This document shows, piece after piece, positions 29,105 to 38,636 of a stretch of DNA of 64,000 nucleotides. This DNA is from Candidatus Micrarchaeota archaeon (lineage in GTDB: Archaea > Micrarchaeota > Micrarchaeia > Micrarchaeales > CABMGC01). The DNA lies in contig JAKATZ010000014.1 in assembly GCA_021827925.1 (NCBI GenBank), forward strand, positions 3,551 through 67,550, in the 5' to 3' direction. Within the stretch, counting starts at the first letter, position 1, and the number at the start of each line of letters is the position of its first letter. The notes beneath the pieces were generated by a model, which worked only from the letters and a program-made list of their open reading frames with translations, did not search any database and was not told the origin of the DNA. Both the position numbers and the translations under genes were made by a program.

Positions 29105-30394
29105 ATGATACGCAGGGATGACGAAAATTCACTGCTTAAATTATGGAATGGGGGTGTGAAACCAGCATATGGAGGCAGATGCTTATCCGACATTCCTGCG
29201 AGTATTGCGCACATTCTCGGAGTGGCAGGAGAGGGAAAAGGGCTCGACAGTTCGCTTCTTGGGGGAATTGACTGCAGCGGTGTGGAGAATGTGGTGCTGC
29301 TTCTCATCGATGGCCTTGGATACGAGATGCTGCTTCCCTCGGTTGGAAGAGAAGGATTCTTCAAGAAATTTGCAGATGAAGGCAGCATATCGCCAATAAC
29401 TTCGGTATTTCCATCAACCACTGCGGCAGGCATTACCTCCGTGTCCACCGGCCTGACCACGCAGGAGCATGCCCTTCCGGAATGGAAAGTCTATTTCAGA
29501 GAGATAGATATGGTGATAGATACGCTGCCTTTTGCTTCTGTGGAGCATAAGAACCTCTATGAAATACTTGGGGATGGTGCTGATCCGAAGATGCTCTACA
29601 ATGGAAGTACTCTCAGCGAGCGCCTTTCCGATTCAGGTGTAGAGGCATTCAACGTGACCTGGAAAAATATACAGAAATCCGCATACAATAGCATCATAAA
29701 GAGAGGGAGTGCAGGCATTCCTTACACTAAGAACTCCGATGCTGCAATAATACTGAGGAGGATTATTGAGAGCAGGAGGGGAGGCCGTGCTTACATAGAT
29801 TTTTACACAGATTCGGTTGATTCGGTGACACACACGTACGGGCCGGGATCAGAGGAATCAGCTGCTGAGATCGCTGATCTCTCTGACATTTTGGACAGGG
29901 AACTGCTAGGGAAGATAAGCAGGGAGGATGCAATGAAAACCCTGCTAGTAATGACTGCTGACCATGGACATGCAAGAATACGACCGGAGAAAACAGTGTA
30001 CCTTAACGATTATCCCGAGATAATTGGCTCTTTCGAAATCGGTCTTTCAGGAAGGCCTATACCGCCGACAGGCAGCTGCAGGGACGTGTTCCTGCATATC
30101 AAAAGGGAATTTCTCGATAGAACAATCGAGATGCTCACTGAAGAGTTCGGAAGCTTTGCCAAAGTTGTACGGACGGAGGACGCGATAAAGGAGGGGCTTT
30201 TCGGATTGAATTCGCCTAAAAAGGAATTCTATGATAGGGTTGGAAACGTCATGCTCCTCCCGGATGCGGAGCGGCCTATATGGTACGAATTCGTACAAGG
30301 AAAGAAGATGGAAGACAAGGGCATGCACGGAGGTCTTAGCAGACAGGAGATGATGATACCGTTTGGGATGGCGAGGCTCTCAGATCTGCTATGA
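29105..30394 (+). CDS. Alkaline-phosphatase-superfamily type I phosphodiesterase/nucleotide pyrophosphatase-like protein
   Basis: VVLLLIDGLGYE (metal Asp), SVFPSTTAAGITSVSTG (Thr nucleophile region), FYTDSVDSVTHTYGP and LLVMTADHGH. Start at ATG 29105, or TTG 29060 only 4 nt after the preceding stop. Confidence 0.7.
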   Translation: MIRRDDENSLLKLWNGGVKPAYGGRCLSDIPASIAHILGVAGEGKGLDSSLLGGIDCSGVENVVLLLIDGLGYEMLLPSVGREGFFKKFADEGSISPITSVFPSTTAAGITSVSTGLTTQEHALPEWKVYFREIDMVIDTLPFASVEHKNLYEILGDGADPKMLYNGSTLSERLSDSGVEAFNVTWKNIQKSAYNSIIKRGSAGIPYTKNSDAAIILRRIIESRRGGRAYIDFYTDSVDSVTHTYGPGSEESAAEIADLSDILDRELLGKISREDAMKTLLVMTADHGHARIRPEKTVYLNDYPEIIGSFEIGLSGRPIPPTGSCRDVFLHIKREFLDRTIEMLTEEFGSFAKVVRTEDAIKEGLFGLNSPKKEFYDRVGNVMLLPDAERPIWYEFVQGKKMEDKGMHGGLSRQEMMIPFGMARLSDLL

Positions 30395-30405
30395 TCGGCG
30401 CACAC

Positions 30406-31899
30406 CTATGCCTTTTCTGGCATGACCTTTTTGAAAAGATATTCGCCTTTTCGCGGCCTTCCCCTGAATTCTCCGAATTTGCAGTACTCGATGCCCTCCC
30501 TATCTACACCAAGCTGCCTGCGCAGCCTTTCGGAAGTTTCTGGCATGAATGGATATATTAGTATTGATATTATCCGGAGTGATTCGAGGAGATTGTAGAG
30601 AATCCCTGAGAGCTCATCGCCTTTCTTCTTCCATGCCTCCTTATCATTCACGTACTTGTTCGCAGCCCTGATGAATGACCATATTTCCCCGAGGGCTTTG
30701 AATGTATCCAGTTTCTCCATGTACTTTTCTATTGAAGGAAGATGCAGCTGCTCCTCAAGCTCAGGCTTACCTTTTATCTTTACGCCAGATTTCTCCGCCA
30801 GAGTGAGTACGCGGTTTGCAAGATTGCCAAGGTCATCGACAAGCTCTCCGTTTATCCTTGCCACCAGAGCCTTTTCGGAAAAATCGCCGTCCTCACCGAA
30901 GGGTATCTCTCTTGCGAGGAAGTACCGCAGGGCATCAGTACCGTATTTGGATGTGATGTCCTTCGGATTTATTGCATTGCCAAAAGACTTACTCATCTTT
31001 CTGCCCTCTATGGTCCACCATCCATGCGCAAAGACGCGGCGTGGAACTGCTATGCCAGCAGATAGGAGCATCGCGGGCCATATTACAGAATGGAACCAGT
31101 TGATCTCCTTGCCGACCACATGAACGTCAGCAGGCCAGAGCTCTTCGAATCTACCCTTAGGCCATCCTATCGCGCTCAGGTAATTTATTAGCGCGTCAAC
31201 CCAGACGTACACCGTGTGCTTTTCATCTCCTGGGAATGGCAGCGCCCATTCCACGGTAGTACGCGTTATGCTTATGTCATTCAGGCCCGCTTCCACCCTG
31301 TTTATAATCTCCTGTGACCTGAATTGCGGAGAAAGGAACTCTGGATTCTCCTTATAGTGATTAAGCAGTTTCTCACGGTACTTGCTAAGCTTGAAGAAGT
31401 AGGACTCCTCATTTACGAGCTTCACTTCCCTTCCGCACTGCGGACACTTCCCTTCCTTGAGCTGGAGAGCCGTGAAGAAGGTCTCGTCAGGGGTGCAGTA
31501 CCATCCTTCGTAGGCTCCCTTGTAAATATCGCCGCTCTCCTTGAGCCTTTTTATGAATTCTGCTACAGTGTTTTCGTGCCTCTTCTCGGTTGTGCGTATG
31601 AAATCATCGTTGGATATCTCGAGGATTTTCCACATCTCTTCGAACTGCGAGACTATGCCGTCCACGAATTCCTTTGGACTCTTGCCTGCGCCAGATGCGG
31701 CCTTTGCAATCTTCTCCCCGTGCTCATCTGTGCCAGTAAGGAAGAATACTTTTTCCCCATTGAGCGCATGCCATCTTGCTATGATGTCCGACATGACCAT
31801 CGTGTACGCGTGGCCTATGTGGGGCTTGTCGTTTACATAGAATATAGGCGTAGTGATGTAGAATTCTGGCAAAGCATCATCAGATGGGAAGCAGTGCAC
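30406..31899 (-). CDS. metG: Methionyl-tRNA synthetase
   Basis: ITTPIFYVNDKPHIGHAY (HIGH), the zinc knuckle CPQCG and KMSKSFGN. The track start at 32097 would overlap mcm, so I place the start at in-frame GTG 31899. Confidence 0.85.
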   Translation of the reverse strand: MHCFPSDDALPEFYITTPIFYVNDKPHIGHAYTMVMSDIIARWHALNGEKVFFLTGTDEHGEKIAKAASGAGKSPKEFVDGIVSQFEEMWKILEISNDDFIRTTEKRHENTVAEFIKRLKESGDIYKGAYEGWYCTPDETFFTALQLKEGKCPQCGREVKLVNEESYFFKLSKYREKLLNHYKENPEFLSPQFRSQEIINRVEAGLNDISITRTTVEWALPFPGDEKHTVYVWVDALINYLSAIGWPKGRFEELWPADVHVVGKEINWFHSVIWPAMLLSAGIAVPRRVFAHGWWTIEGRKMSKSFGNAINPKDITSKYGTDALRYFLAREIPFGEDGDFSEKALVARINGELVDDLGNLANRVLTLAEKSGVKIKGKPELEEQLHLPSIEKYMEKLDTFKALGEIWSFIRAANKYVNDKEAWKKKGDELSGILYNLLESLRIISILIYPFMPETSERLRRQLGVDREGIEYCKFGEFRGRPRKGEYLFKKVMPEKA

Positions 31900-31956
31900 C
31901 CATAGATTCTTTTTTATGCCTTTAGAGCTAAATAATGTACTGCCGGAGGTGGAGAT

Positions 31957-34020
31957 ATGGAAGAGGCTGAGGCTGACCTTGAACTGATAGACAAATTCAC
32001 TGATTTCTTCAACGCCTATTATCTGGACCATCTGAACAGCATGTTCATAGGCTACCCCAAGATCAGGAGCGTGTACGTGGACTTGAGGGACCTGCAACGG
32101 TTTGACGCTGACCTTGCTTCCGAGTTGATGGAGAACCCTGACGGTGTGCTTAAGAGTGCGAATCTGGCGCTCTCAAAGCTCAATCCTAACCCAAATGCCA
32201 CCGAGCCTGTGTACACCCGGTTTCACAGCTCTTACGCGAGCTCGCCGCTCATACAGGACGTTGGATCGGAAAACATCGGCAAGCTTCTTACGCTAGATTC
32301 GCTTGTGGTCAAGAGGTCGGAGATAACGCCCAGAGTGAGCATAGGCGTATTCAAGTGCTCATTCTGTGGCACCACGATAAAGGTGAGAGTGGAGAGGGAG
32401 AGCGCTACAGACATTTGCCCGCAGTGCAAGAGAAGATCGCTCAAGCAGGACAATGCGGAGTCGAGGTTCAGCAATCTGCAGCGAATAGCAGTGCAGGACC
32501 CCCTTGAGAAACTCAAGGGAAACATACCAACCTGGCAGCTTGAGGTCTGGCTTGAAGACGACATGGTTAATACAGTGATACCAGGAGACAGGATAGAGAT
32601 AACCGGCATACTGAGGATAAAGCCGCGTAAGTCTTCCAAGGGCAAGGAAGACAAGTTCCTCTTCACGATGTTCCTTGATGCTGTCTCGCTTATGGCAAAG
32701 CAGCGTGAGTTTACCGAGATAGAGATAAGCAGGGAGGACGAAAAGACCATAAAGGAGCTCGGCAGCGATCCCAAGATATTCGAGAAGATCGCGAAGTCCA
32801 TAGCGCCGTCGATATATGGATACGATGAGATAAAGAAGGCGCTTGCGCTGCAGCTTTTTGGAGGAACGCCTGAAAAGAAACTTGTCGACGGCGGAAGAAT
32901 AAGGAGCGATATACACATGCTACTGATAGGAGACCCTGGCAGCGCTAAGACAAGGTTGTTGCAAGCGGTTACGGAGATCGTGCCGAAGGGCATATACGTG
33001 AGTGGGAAGTCTACCAGCGGCGCAGGGCTTACGGCCGCTGCGGAGAGGGATGAATTCTCAGAGGGAGGATGGACTCTGAAAGCCGGGGCTCTTGTACTAG
33101 GCTCTGGAGGGCAAGTGAGCATAGACGAGTTTGACAAGATAGGGGAGGAGGACAGATCATCCATGCTTGAGGCACTTGAATCGCAGACCATAAGCGTAGC
33201 CAAGGCAGGAATAGTTGCGAAGTTCAATGCCAGAACATCTGTTCTTGCGGCGGCGAACCCCAGGTACGGAAGGTTTGACCCGAATGTCTATCCCGCAGAG
33301 CAGTTCGACATACCTCCCGCGTTGCTATCAAGGTTCGATCTTATATTCCCTATAAAGGATGTACTCGATGATGAGAAGGACAAGATGATAGCGCAGCACA
33401 TACTAACACAGCACAAAGCAGCAGGAGCACAGATAGCTGAGATCACTGACTATGAACAGGTAGAGAGCCCGCCGATTAGCTCCGATATTCTTCGCAAGTA
33501 TGTCGCATACGCGAAGAAGAACATCAAGCCAAGGCTCACGGAGGAGGCAAGCGCCAAGTTCTCTGAATATTATGTTGACCTGAGAAGGCTAGGGGTTAAG
33601 CAGGGCGCTACCCCAATAACTCCGCGGCAGATAGAGGGCCTGGTTAGACTTGCAGAGGGAAGCGCCAAGGCGAGGCTCTCTCAAGTGATAGAAACAGGAG
33701 ACTCCGAGCTTGCCATAGCGCTTTTTGAGTACATGCTGAACACCCTGGCTGTTGACAGGGGCGGTCGCAAGGACATAGACGCGCTACTCACAGGAATGCC
33801 GCGCGAGAAAGTCAATAAAATAAATGCGATACTGGGGCTGATAAAAGATCTTGAAGAGAGGGAAAACGGGGCGAAAGTTGTAAGGATACTTGAGGAAGCG
33901 GAGAAGCAGGGAATTGACAGGGCCACCACTACCAAGTACGTGAACGAGCTCGAGAGGAGCGGCGATGTATTCAGTCCCAGGCCTGGAGTGCTGCACGTTG
34001 TTAAACGGGACGAGGAGTAA
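31957..34020 (+). CDS. mcm: MCM replicative helicase
   Basis: Zinc finger CSFCG...CPQC, Walker A LLIGDPGSAKT, Walker B SIDEFDK, arginine finger SRFDLIF, and a C-terminal wHTH region. Confidence 0.95.
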   Translation: MEEAEADLELIDKFTDFFNAYYLDHLNSMFIGYPKIRSVYVDLRDLQRFDADLASELMENPDGVLKSANLALSKLNPNPNATEPVYTRFHSSYASSPLIQDVGSENIGKLLTLDSLVVKRSEITPRVSIGVFKCSFCGTTIKVRVERESATDICPQCKRRSLKQDNAESRFSNLQRIAVQDPLEKLKGNIPTWQLEVWLEDDMVNTVIPGDRIEITGILRIKPRKSSKGKEDKFLFTMFLDAVSLMAKQREFTEIEISREDEKTIKELGSDPKIFEKIAKSIAPSIYGYDEIKKALALQLFGGTPEKKLVDGGRIRSDIHMLLIGDPGSAKTRLLQAVTEIVPKGIYVSGKSTSGAGLTAAAERDEFSEGGWTLKAGALVLGSGGQVSIDEFDKIGEEDRSSMLEALESQTISVAKAGIVAKFNARTSVLAAANPRYGRFDPNVYPAEQFDIPPALLSRFDLIFPIKDVLDDEKDKMIAQHILTQHKAAGAQIAEITDYEQVESPPISSDILRKYVAYAKKNIKPRLTEEASAKFSEYYVDLRRLGVKQGATPITPRQIEGLVRLAEGSAKARLSQVIETGDSELAIALFEYMLNTLAVDRGGRKDIDALLTGMPREKVNKINAILGLIKDLEERENGAKVVRILEEAEKQGIDRATTTKYVNELERSGDVFSPRPGVLHVVKRDEE

Positions 34021-34072
34021 CGAGGTACTTTTGTTGGAACGAAGGATAGAAAGTAGGCAGTTGCTTAACATA

Positions 34073-35104
34073 ATGACGCTGTTCCTTATCGCGCAGTTTG
34101 GAGGACTCTTTCTTATATTCGTATCTTTTCTACCATCGTATGCTTACATAGCGGCGCAGCCGATCGGGCAGGGCAGCTATTTGAACCCCACAGATATCGT
34201 GGTGAACCTCGTTACGGCGATCCTTTTCGTATACATAATAATAAGGTTTTATAGGGCAGACGCACTCTTCCAGCTCTTCGAGTTCTTCTTCGTTATAATA
34301 GGGTCTTTCTTCTTCTTTATTTTCGTTGTCGGAGATCTCCTACCAAACATCAGCACACTCGCGTCGTGGGCGTTGCCCCTCTTCCTTGCCCTTCTGCTAC
34401 TAGGCGCAAAGAGGAAGTACGGCAGGCTCAGGAATATGGTTACGATAATAAGCAGCATAGGGTACGGCATACTGATAGGCATAGCCCTTGTGGTACAACT
34501 GGGATTCATAGCTGTTTATGCATTCATGGCTATCGTCGCGGTGTATGATTATATCGCCGTCTTCGTGCTGAAGTTTATGATACCTTTCGCAAGGCGTGCA
34601 TCCAGCATGAATCTCTCAATGATGATAGGCTCTGCGAATGTTGAGTTCGTTCCAGGTAGGAGGATAGGAAGGAAGGAGGCACGGGAGTACAGAAAAATGG
34701 ATTTCGGACCTATAGACAAGACGGTGAAGGGAATGATATCCAAGGGCAATGCACCCATGATATCAAGCATGCTTCTGGGAAATGGAGACATAATGCTGCC
34801 CATTGCTGTTGCTGTAGGAGCGTACATAGCATATTTCAGCTACTTCGTCAGCGTGATGATAGCGTTGGGCGCGGCGATGGGTCTTCTCTTCACTACCGCG
34901 CTGCTTAAGAAGTACAAGGTAGGCCTACCCGCAATACCTCCGCTCTTTGCATTTGTTAATATATTTCTTGCGATAGCTTTTGCATTTACCAGACCTTGGG
35001 ATACAGCGTATATCGTAATTTTCGTCGTGGCATCACTGCTATCGATATTGGCAATGCTTCTTACGCTTAGGAAAATGTTTGGTATGAATAAGGCTAGGAC
35101 TTGA
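34073..35104 (+). CDS. Presenilin/signal-peptide-peptidase homologue (GxGD aspartyl intramembrane protease, family A22)
   Basis: A polytopic membrane protein with VYDYIAVF (YD), LLGNGDIMLP (GxGD) and LPAIPPL (PAL-like) in the canonical order. Start at ATG 34073. Confidence 0.7.
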   Translation: MTLFLIAQFGGLFLIFVSFLPSYAYIAAQPIGQGSYLNPTDIVVNLVTAILFVYIIIRFYRADALFQLFEFFFVIIGSFFFFIFVVGDLLPNISTLASWALPLFLALLLLGAKRKYGRLRNMVTIISSIGYGILIGIALVVQLGFIAVYAFMAIVAVYDYIAVFVLKFMIPFARRASSMNLSMMIGSANVEFVPGRRIGRKEAREYRKMDFGPIDKTVKGMISKGNAPMISSMLLGNGDIMLPIAVAVGAYIAYFSYFVSVMIALGAAMGLLFTTALLKKYKVGLPAIPPLFAFVNIFLAIAFAFTRPWDTAYIVIFVVASLLSILAMLLTLRKMFGMNKART

Positions 35105-35996
35105 TCTTGCGTATCAGGTGCTCGACTATCTTTTCTGCGGGATTGATCCCCGTTGCCTTTTTGAAACCCTGCCATGAGATGGTGGGATTCGTTTCAAGCA
35201 CGTAGTAGCCGTCCTTTGTCTCAGCGATGTCTACGCCAACGTAATCAAGGCCTAGAATCTCTGCGGACTTTACAGCCATCTCGCGCATCTCCGCAGGCAT
35301 CTTTGTTGCCATCGGCTTCGCGCCTTGCGCTACATTGCTTTTCCAGTTTAGGCCTTTCCTGAACTCGGCGCCTATTGCCTCTCCGCCAACCACAATTACA
35401 CGGTAATCTCCGCCGCGCCGCTTATTGAGGTATTTCTGAACGTATAGGGGCTTGTTCAGGTTTATGAAGTAGCTGAATACCTGGAACGCAACGTCAGGAT
35501 CGTCTATCCGGAAGACCCCGAAGCCCATATTGCTCCTTAGCTGCTTTATCACTACGTGCCCGAATTCCTTAACTGCGTCGTAGCCTATGAACATATGCTC
35601 GCTTGATATAGTGTCAGGAACAGGTATCCCGCTCTTTGCTAGCGCTGCGAGAGCTGCCAGCTTATCTCCTGCAGCAAGCCAGGAGAGAACCGGATTTATT
35701 ACGCGTATGCCTTTCTGCTCCATCGCCCTTACCGCCCAGATCCTGTGTCCGAATTGTTCGAAGTCCTTTATTAGGCCGAGATGACGCATTATGGCCCCGT
35801 CTACTTCGATTGGTGTCCTTTCCGACCTGGAGAGCGTCTGGTATATGCTGATTCCGTCCTTTCCGAGCTTTATCCCGAGCATATCGACATACACCATCGA
35901 TACCCCATGGCCTTGCGCTCGTATATAATTGTCAAGGTCTATGATGTCCTTGTTGTTGTACTCTATCTCGTATGGCCGTATGAGCCCGATCTCCAT
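35094..35996 (-). CDS. RimK/LysX-type ATP-grasp ligase
   Basis: ~300 aa with an ATP-grasp layout: VIKQLRSNMGFGV, YRVIVVGGE, and VGVDI.E...G.YVLE.N. Confidence 0.6.
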   Translation of the reverse strand: MEIGLIRPYEIEYNNKDIIDLDNYIRAQGHGVSMVYVDMLGIKLGKDGISIYQTLSRSERTPIEVDGAIMRHLGLIKDFEQFGHRIWAVRAMEQKGIRVINPVLSWLAAGDKLAALAALAKSGIPVPDTISSEHMFIGYDAVKEFGHVVIKQLRSNMGFGVFRIDDPDVAFQVFSYFINLNKPLYVQKYLNKRRGGDYRVIVVGGEAIGAEFRKGLNWKSNVAQGAKPMATKMPAEMREMAVKSAEILGLDYVGVDIAETKDGYYVLETNPTISWQGFKKATGINPAEKIVEHLIRKIKS

Positions 35997-36119
35997 TAAA
36001 ACACCGCACTAATGATATTGCCCGTTTCTTATTATAAGGACTTCGTTCCTGCTTTTCATTCGGAGCGCACAGAAGGTATATGAATATTAGATCGCCATAA
36101 GTCACCGGGAGGTTTTTTG

Positions 36120-37460
36120 ATGGGAATTGATGCGATTAGGCAGGAGGATCCTGAGATTCTTGGGTACATTGAAAGGGAGCTCGTGCGACAGAGGGAAGGG
36201 CTTGAGATGATACCTTCGGAGAATTTTGCCAGCATTGCCGTGATGGAAGCCCAGGGGACGGTGCTCACAAACAAATACTCCGAGGGCTATCCGGGAAAAA
36301 GGTATTACGGAGGAAATGATTTCATAGACGGGATTGAGAGGCTTGCAGTGGAGCGCGCAAAAGCACTTTTCGGCACACCTCATGCTAACGTACAGCCTTA
36401 TTCCGGATCTCCTGCAAATCTCGCAGTGTACCTCGCAGTGTGCAAGCCAGGAGATACAATAATGGGGCAGAACCTTACAGACGGAGGGCACCTCACCCAT
36501 GGATGGAAGACGAGTGTCACAGGACAGCTCTTCAAGAGCATACCGTATCACGTCAGGGAGGACGGATACATAGACATGGAAGAGGTAAGGAAACTTGCGA
36601 TTGAAAGCAGGCCCAGGCTGATCTGGGTCGGCTCTACAGCGTATACCAGGAGGTTTCCTTTCAGGGAATTCGGGGAGATAGCAAGGGAAGCGGACGCATA
36701 TCTTGCCGCAGACATTTCACACATTGCGGGGCTTGTTGCAGGAGGAGTGCACGAGAGCCCGAAGGAGTATGCAGATATAATAACAACAACCACCCACAAG
36801 ACCCTAAGAGGCCCCAGAGGAGCCATGGTAATGGTTACAGAGAAAGGACTCAAGAAGGACCCTGAGTTGGGGGAAAAGATAGACAGGACCATATTCCCGG
36901 GAATGCAGGGAGGCCCGCATGACCACACCACCGCAGGGATAGCCGTCGCGCTTCTCGAGGCCGGGAAGCCTGAGTTCAAAGAATATGCGTCGCGGATAGT
37001 CAGAAACTCGGAGGTGCTTGCAGCAAGTCTCGCAAAAAGAGGATTCAAGCTAGTTACGGGAGGCACAGAAAACCATATGATACTTATGGACCTTACGAAT
37101 CAAGGCATCGGGCTTGGAGTCTTTGCCCAGGAAGCTCTTGGGGCCGCAGGCATAACCGTAAACAAAAACACGATACCGAGAGATCCGTCATCGCCATTCT
37201 ACCCGAGCGGTATACGCATAGGAACCCCCGCGATTACTTCGAGAGGCATGGGAGAAGGCGAGATGGAAGAGATAGCAGACTTCTACCGTGATGCTTTGGA
37301 AGAGATAAATGGTTGCTCATTGCCACAAGAGAAGGGAGAGAGGAAGGAGTGCATAAGGAGATTTAGAGAGAATATTTCCAAAAATGATAAAATTGCCGAG
37401 GTGAGGAGGAAGGTTTCCCTACTCTGCGAGAAGTTTCCACTCTATCCGGAGCTTGGCTGA
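36120..37460 (+). CDS. glyA: Serine hydroxymethyltransferase
   Basis: LEMIPSENF, NKYSEGYPGKRYYGG and the PLP-Lys block TTTTHKTLRGPRG. Confidence 0.95.
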   Translation: MGIDAIRQEDPEILGYIERELVRQREGLEMIPSENFASIAVMEAQGTVLTNKYSEGYPGKRYYGGNDFIDGIERLAVERAKALFGTPHANVQPYSGSPANLAVYLAVCKPGDTIMGQNLTDGGHLTHGWKTSVTGQLFKSIPYHVREDGYIDMEEVRKLAIESRPRLIWVGSTAYTRRFPFREFGEIAREADAYLAADISHIAGLVAGGVHESPKEYADIITTTTHKTLRGPRGAMVMVTEKGLKKDPELGEKIDRTIFPGMQGGPHDHTTAGIAVALLEAGKPEFKEYASRIVRNSEVLAASLAKRGFKLVTGGTENHMILMDLTNQGIGLGVFAQEALGAAGITVNKNTIPRDPSSPFYPSGIRIGTPAITSRGMGEGEMEEIADFYRDALEEINGCSLPQEKGERKECIRRFRENISKNDKIAEVRRKVSLLCEKFPLYPELG

Positions 37461-37553
37461 ATCATGGTGCAGCGCAGGGCATGCTGCCCTGACCAGCAGC
37501 CTTTTATATTTGAACTGGGATAACATAATGAAAGGGAGTGTGATGAACCGCCA

Positions 37554-37874
37554 ATGGCACGCGATAGGGAAGTTGTTCGCCTATCTATATTACGTGGCAG
37601 GTTCCTGAAGCCTATTATTTTAAGGGCACTCAATACGAACCAGATACTGATTTTATCTGAGCTGAGGAAGAACTACAACAGGGGGATCTCTGCTGTGGTG
37701 CGTGATCTCTCAGAGGAGCATGGCATAGCGGAATCTACGCTGAAACTTAACGCGAGGATATTGAAGGATCTTAGCCTCGCGGATTTTGGTGACAGGATAG
37801 AGCGGAAACCTGCAGTGCTCACTGAATTCGGAAGAGGAGTTATAGAGGTGATATTCGGTGAAATCAGTGGCTAG
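37554..37874 (+). CDS. Small winged-helix DNA-binding protein (putative regulator)
   Basis: The ILRAL....ILILSELRK......SAVVRDL pattern resembles ArsR/MarR-type wHTH proteins. Size is 106 aa. Confidence 0.4.
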   Translation: MARDREVVRLSILRGRFLKPIILRALNTNQILILSELRKNYNRGISAVVRDLSEEHGIAESTLKLNARILKDLSLADFGDRIERKPAVLTEFGRGVIEVIFGEISG

Positions 37875-38574
37875 ACTTGAAGTTAGCTTGATAAACAATC
37901 CGCGCAGTTCAGTTGAGATAGACTTGAAGGGACTTGTAAGAATAGCAAAAAGCGGATTCGGCCCACAGATGACCGAAGCGGATGTGCGCGTACACGTGCT
38001 TGGAGGAGACTTTGTGCATCTGCTTCGCGTGGATAAGAAAGAGGTAGGATTTGCCGCATACAGAAGATTTGAGGCAGGGGAGGGGAAGAATAAGGAAGGA
38101 CCAGGACAGGAGAGGGAAGGAACGATCCTGTATCTCGCAGGGATAGTTGTAGATGGAGAACATCAGGGGATGGGATTGTTTGGTCTTTCGTTAGGAAACG
38201 CAATACGCGAGAATAGGCCATCTTATGTGGCCCTGCGCACACAGAATCCCGTTGTTTACCATAGATTGCTCAGGTCGGAGCACATATCAGCGGTTTATCC
38301 GAACGTCTCCGGAGAGCTGGCATCCCCGATGATAATGCAGGTTGCAGAGATTGTAGCCGAGAGACTTGGGATGGAAGGGATGGACAGACATACGTTTGTT
38401 GAAAGGGGCACTTATGGCCAGTCACTTTATCAGAATAATCCTGTCTCCAGCAATGAAGCCGCGAATGATTTCTTCAGAAGCAGGTTGGGTATCAAAGTTG
38501 GCAGGGGAGACTCTGTGCTTCTGATAGGGCAGGTTGGTGGAAGTGAGACAGAGAAATATGGAGACTTCGCATAG
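37858..38574 (+). CDS. GNAT-family acetyltransferase-like protein
   Basis: LYLAGIVVDGEHQGMGLFG matches GNAT motif A (Q/R-x-x-G-x-G/A). The start is uncertain: GTG 37858 or ATG 37969. Confidence 0.5.
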   Translation: MKSVARLEVSLINNPRSSVEIDLKGLVRIAKSGFGPQMTEADVRVHVLGGDFVHLLRVDKKEVGFAAYRRFEAGEGKNKEGPGQEREGTILYLAGIVVDGEHQGMGLFGLSLGNAIRENRPSYVALRTQNPVVYHRLLRSEHISAVYPNVSGELASPMIMQVAEIVAERLGMEGMDRHTFVERGTYGQSLYQNNPVSSNEAANDFFRSRLGIKVGRGDSVLLIGQVGGSETEKYGDFA

Positions 38575-38636
38575 CTACCTTAGTAACAGCCAGATGGGTT
38601 TTAAAGTTGTAAGTGTATCGCTTGATAGGTATTCCA

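Noticed and set aside
31900-32097. An N-terminal 66-codon extension of MetRS that would overlap the mcm start on the opposite strand
   Set aside because: The extension has no similarity to MetRS N-termini. An in-frame GTG at 31899 lies just before the conserved ITTPIFY...HIGH block and leaves a normal 57-nt divergent promoter spacer.
32232-33227. A 331-aa minus-strand ORF inside mcm, and similar long antisense ORFs at 11069-11719, 10301-10873, 18679-19287, 21119-21739, 49121-49675 and 58356-58898
   Set aside because: Each lies opposite a gene with strong family motifs. The translations are Ser/Leu/Pro-rich with no recognisable domains. I treat them as shadow ORFs.
37495-37530. A T-loop-like string (ATTTGAAC) downstream of glyA, examined as a possible fourth tRNA
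   Set aside because: The flanks cannot form a T stem or an acceptor stem, and no cloverleaf could be drawn.
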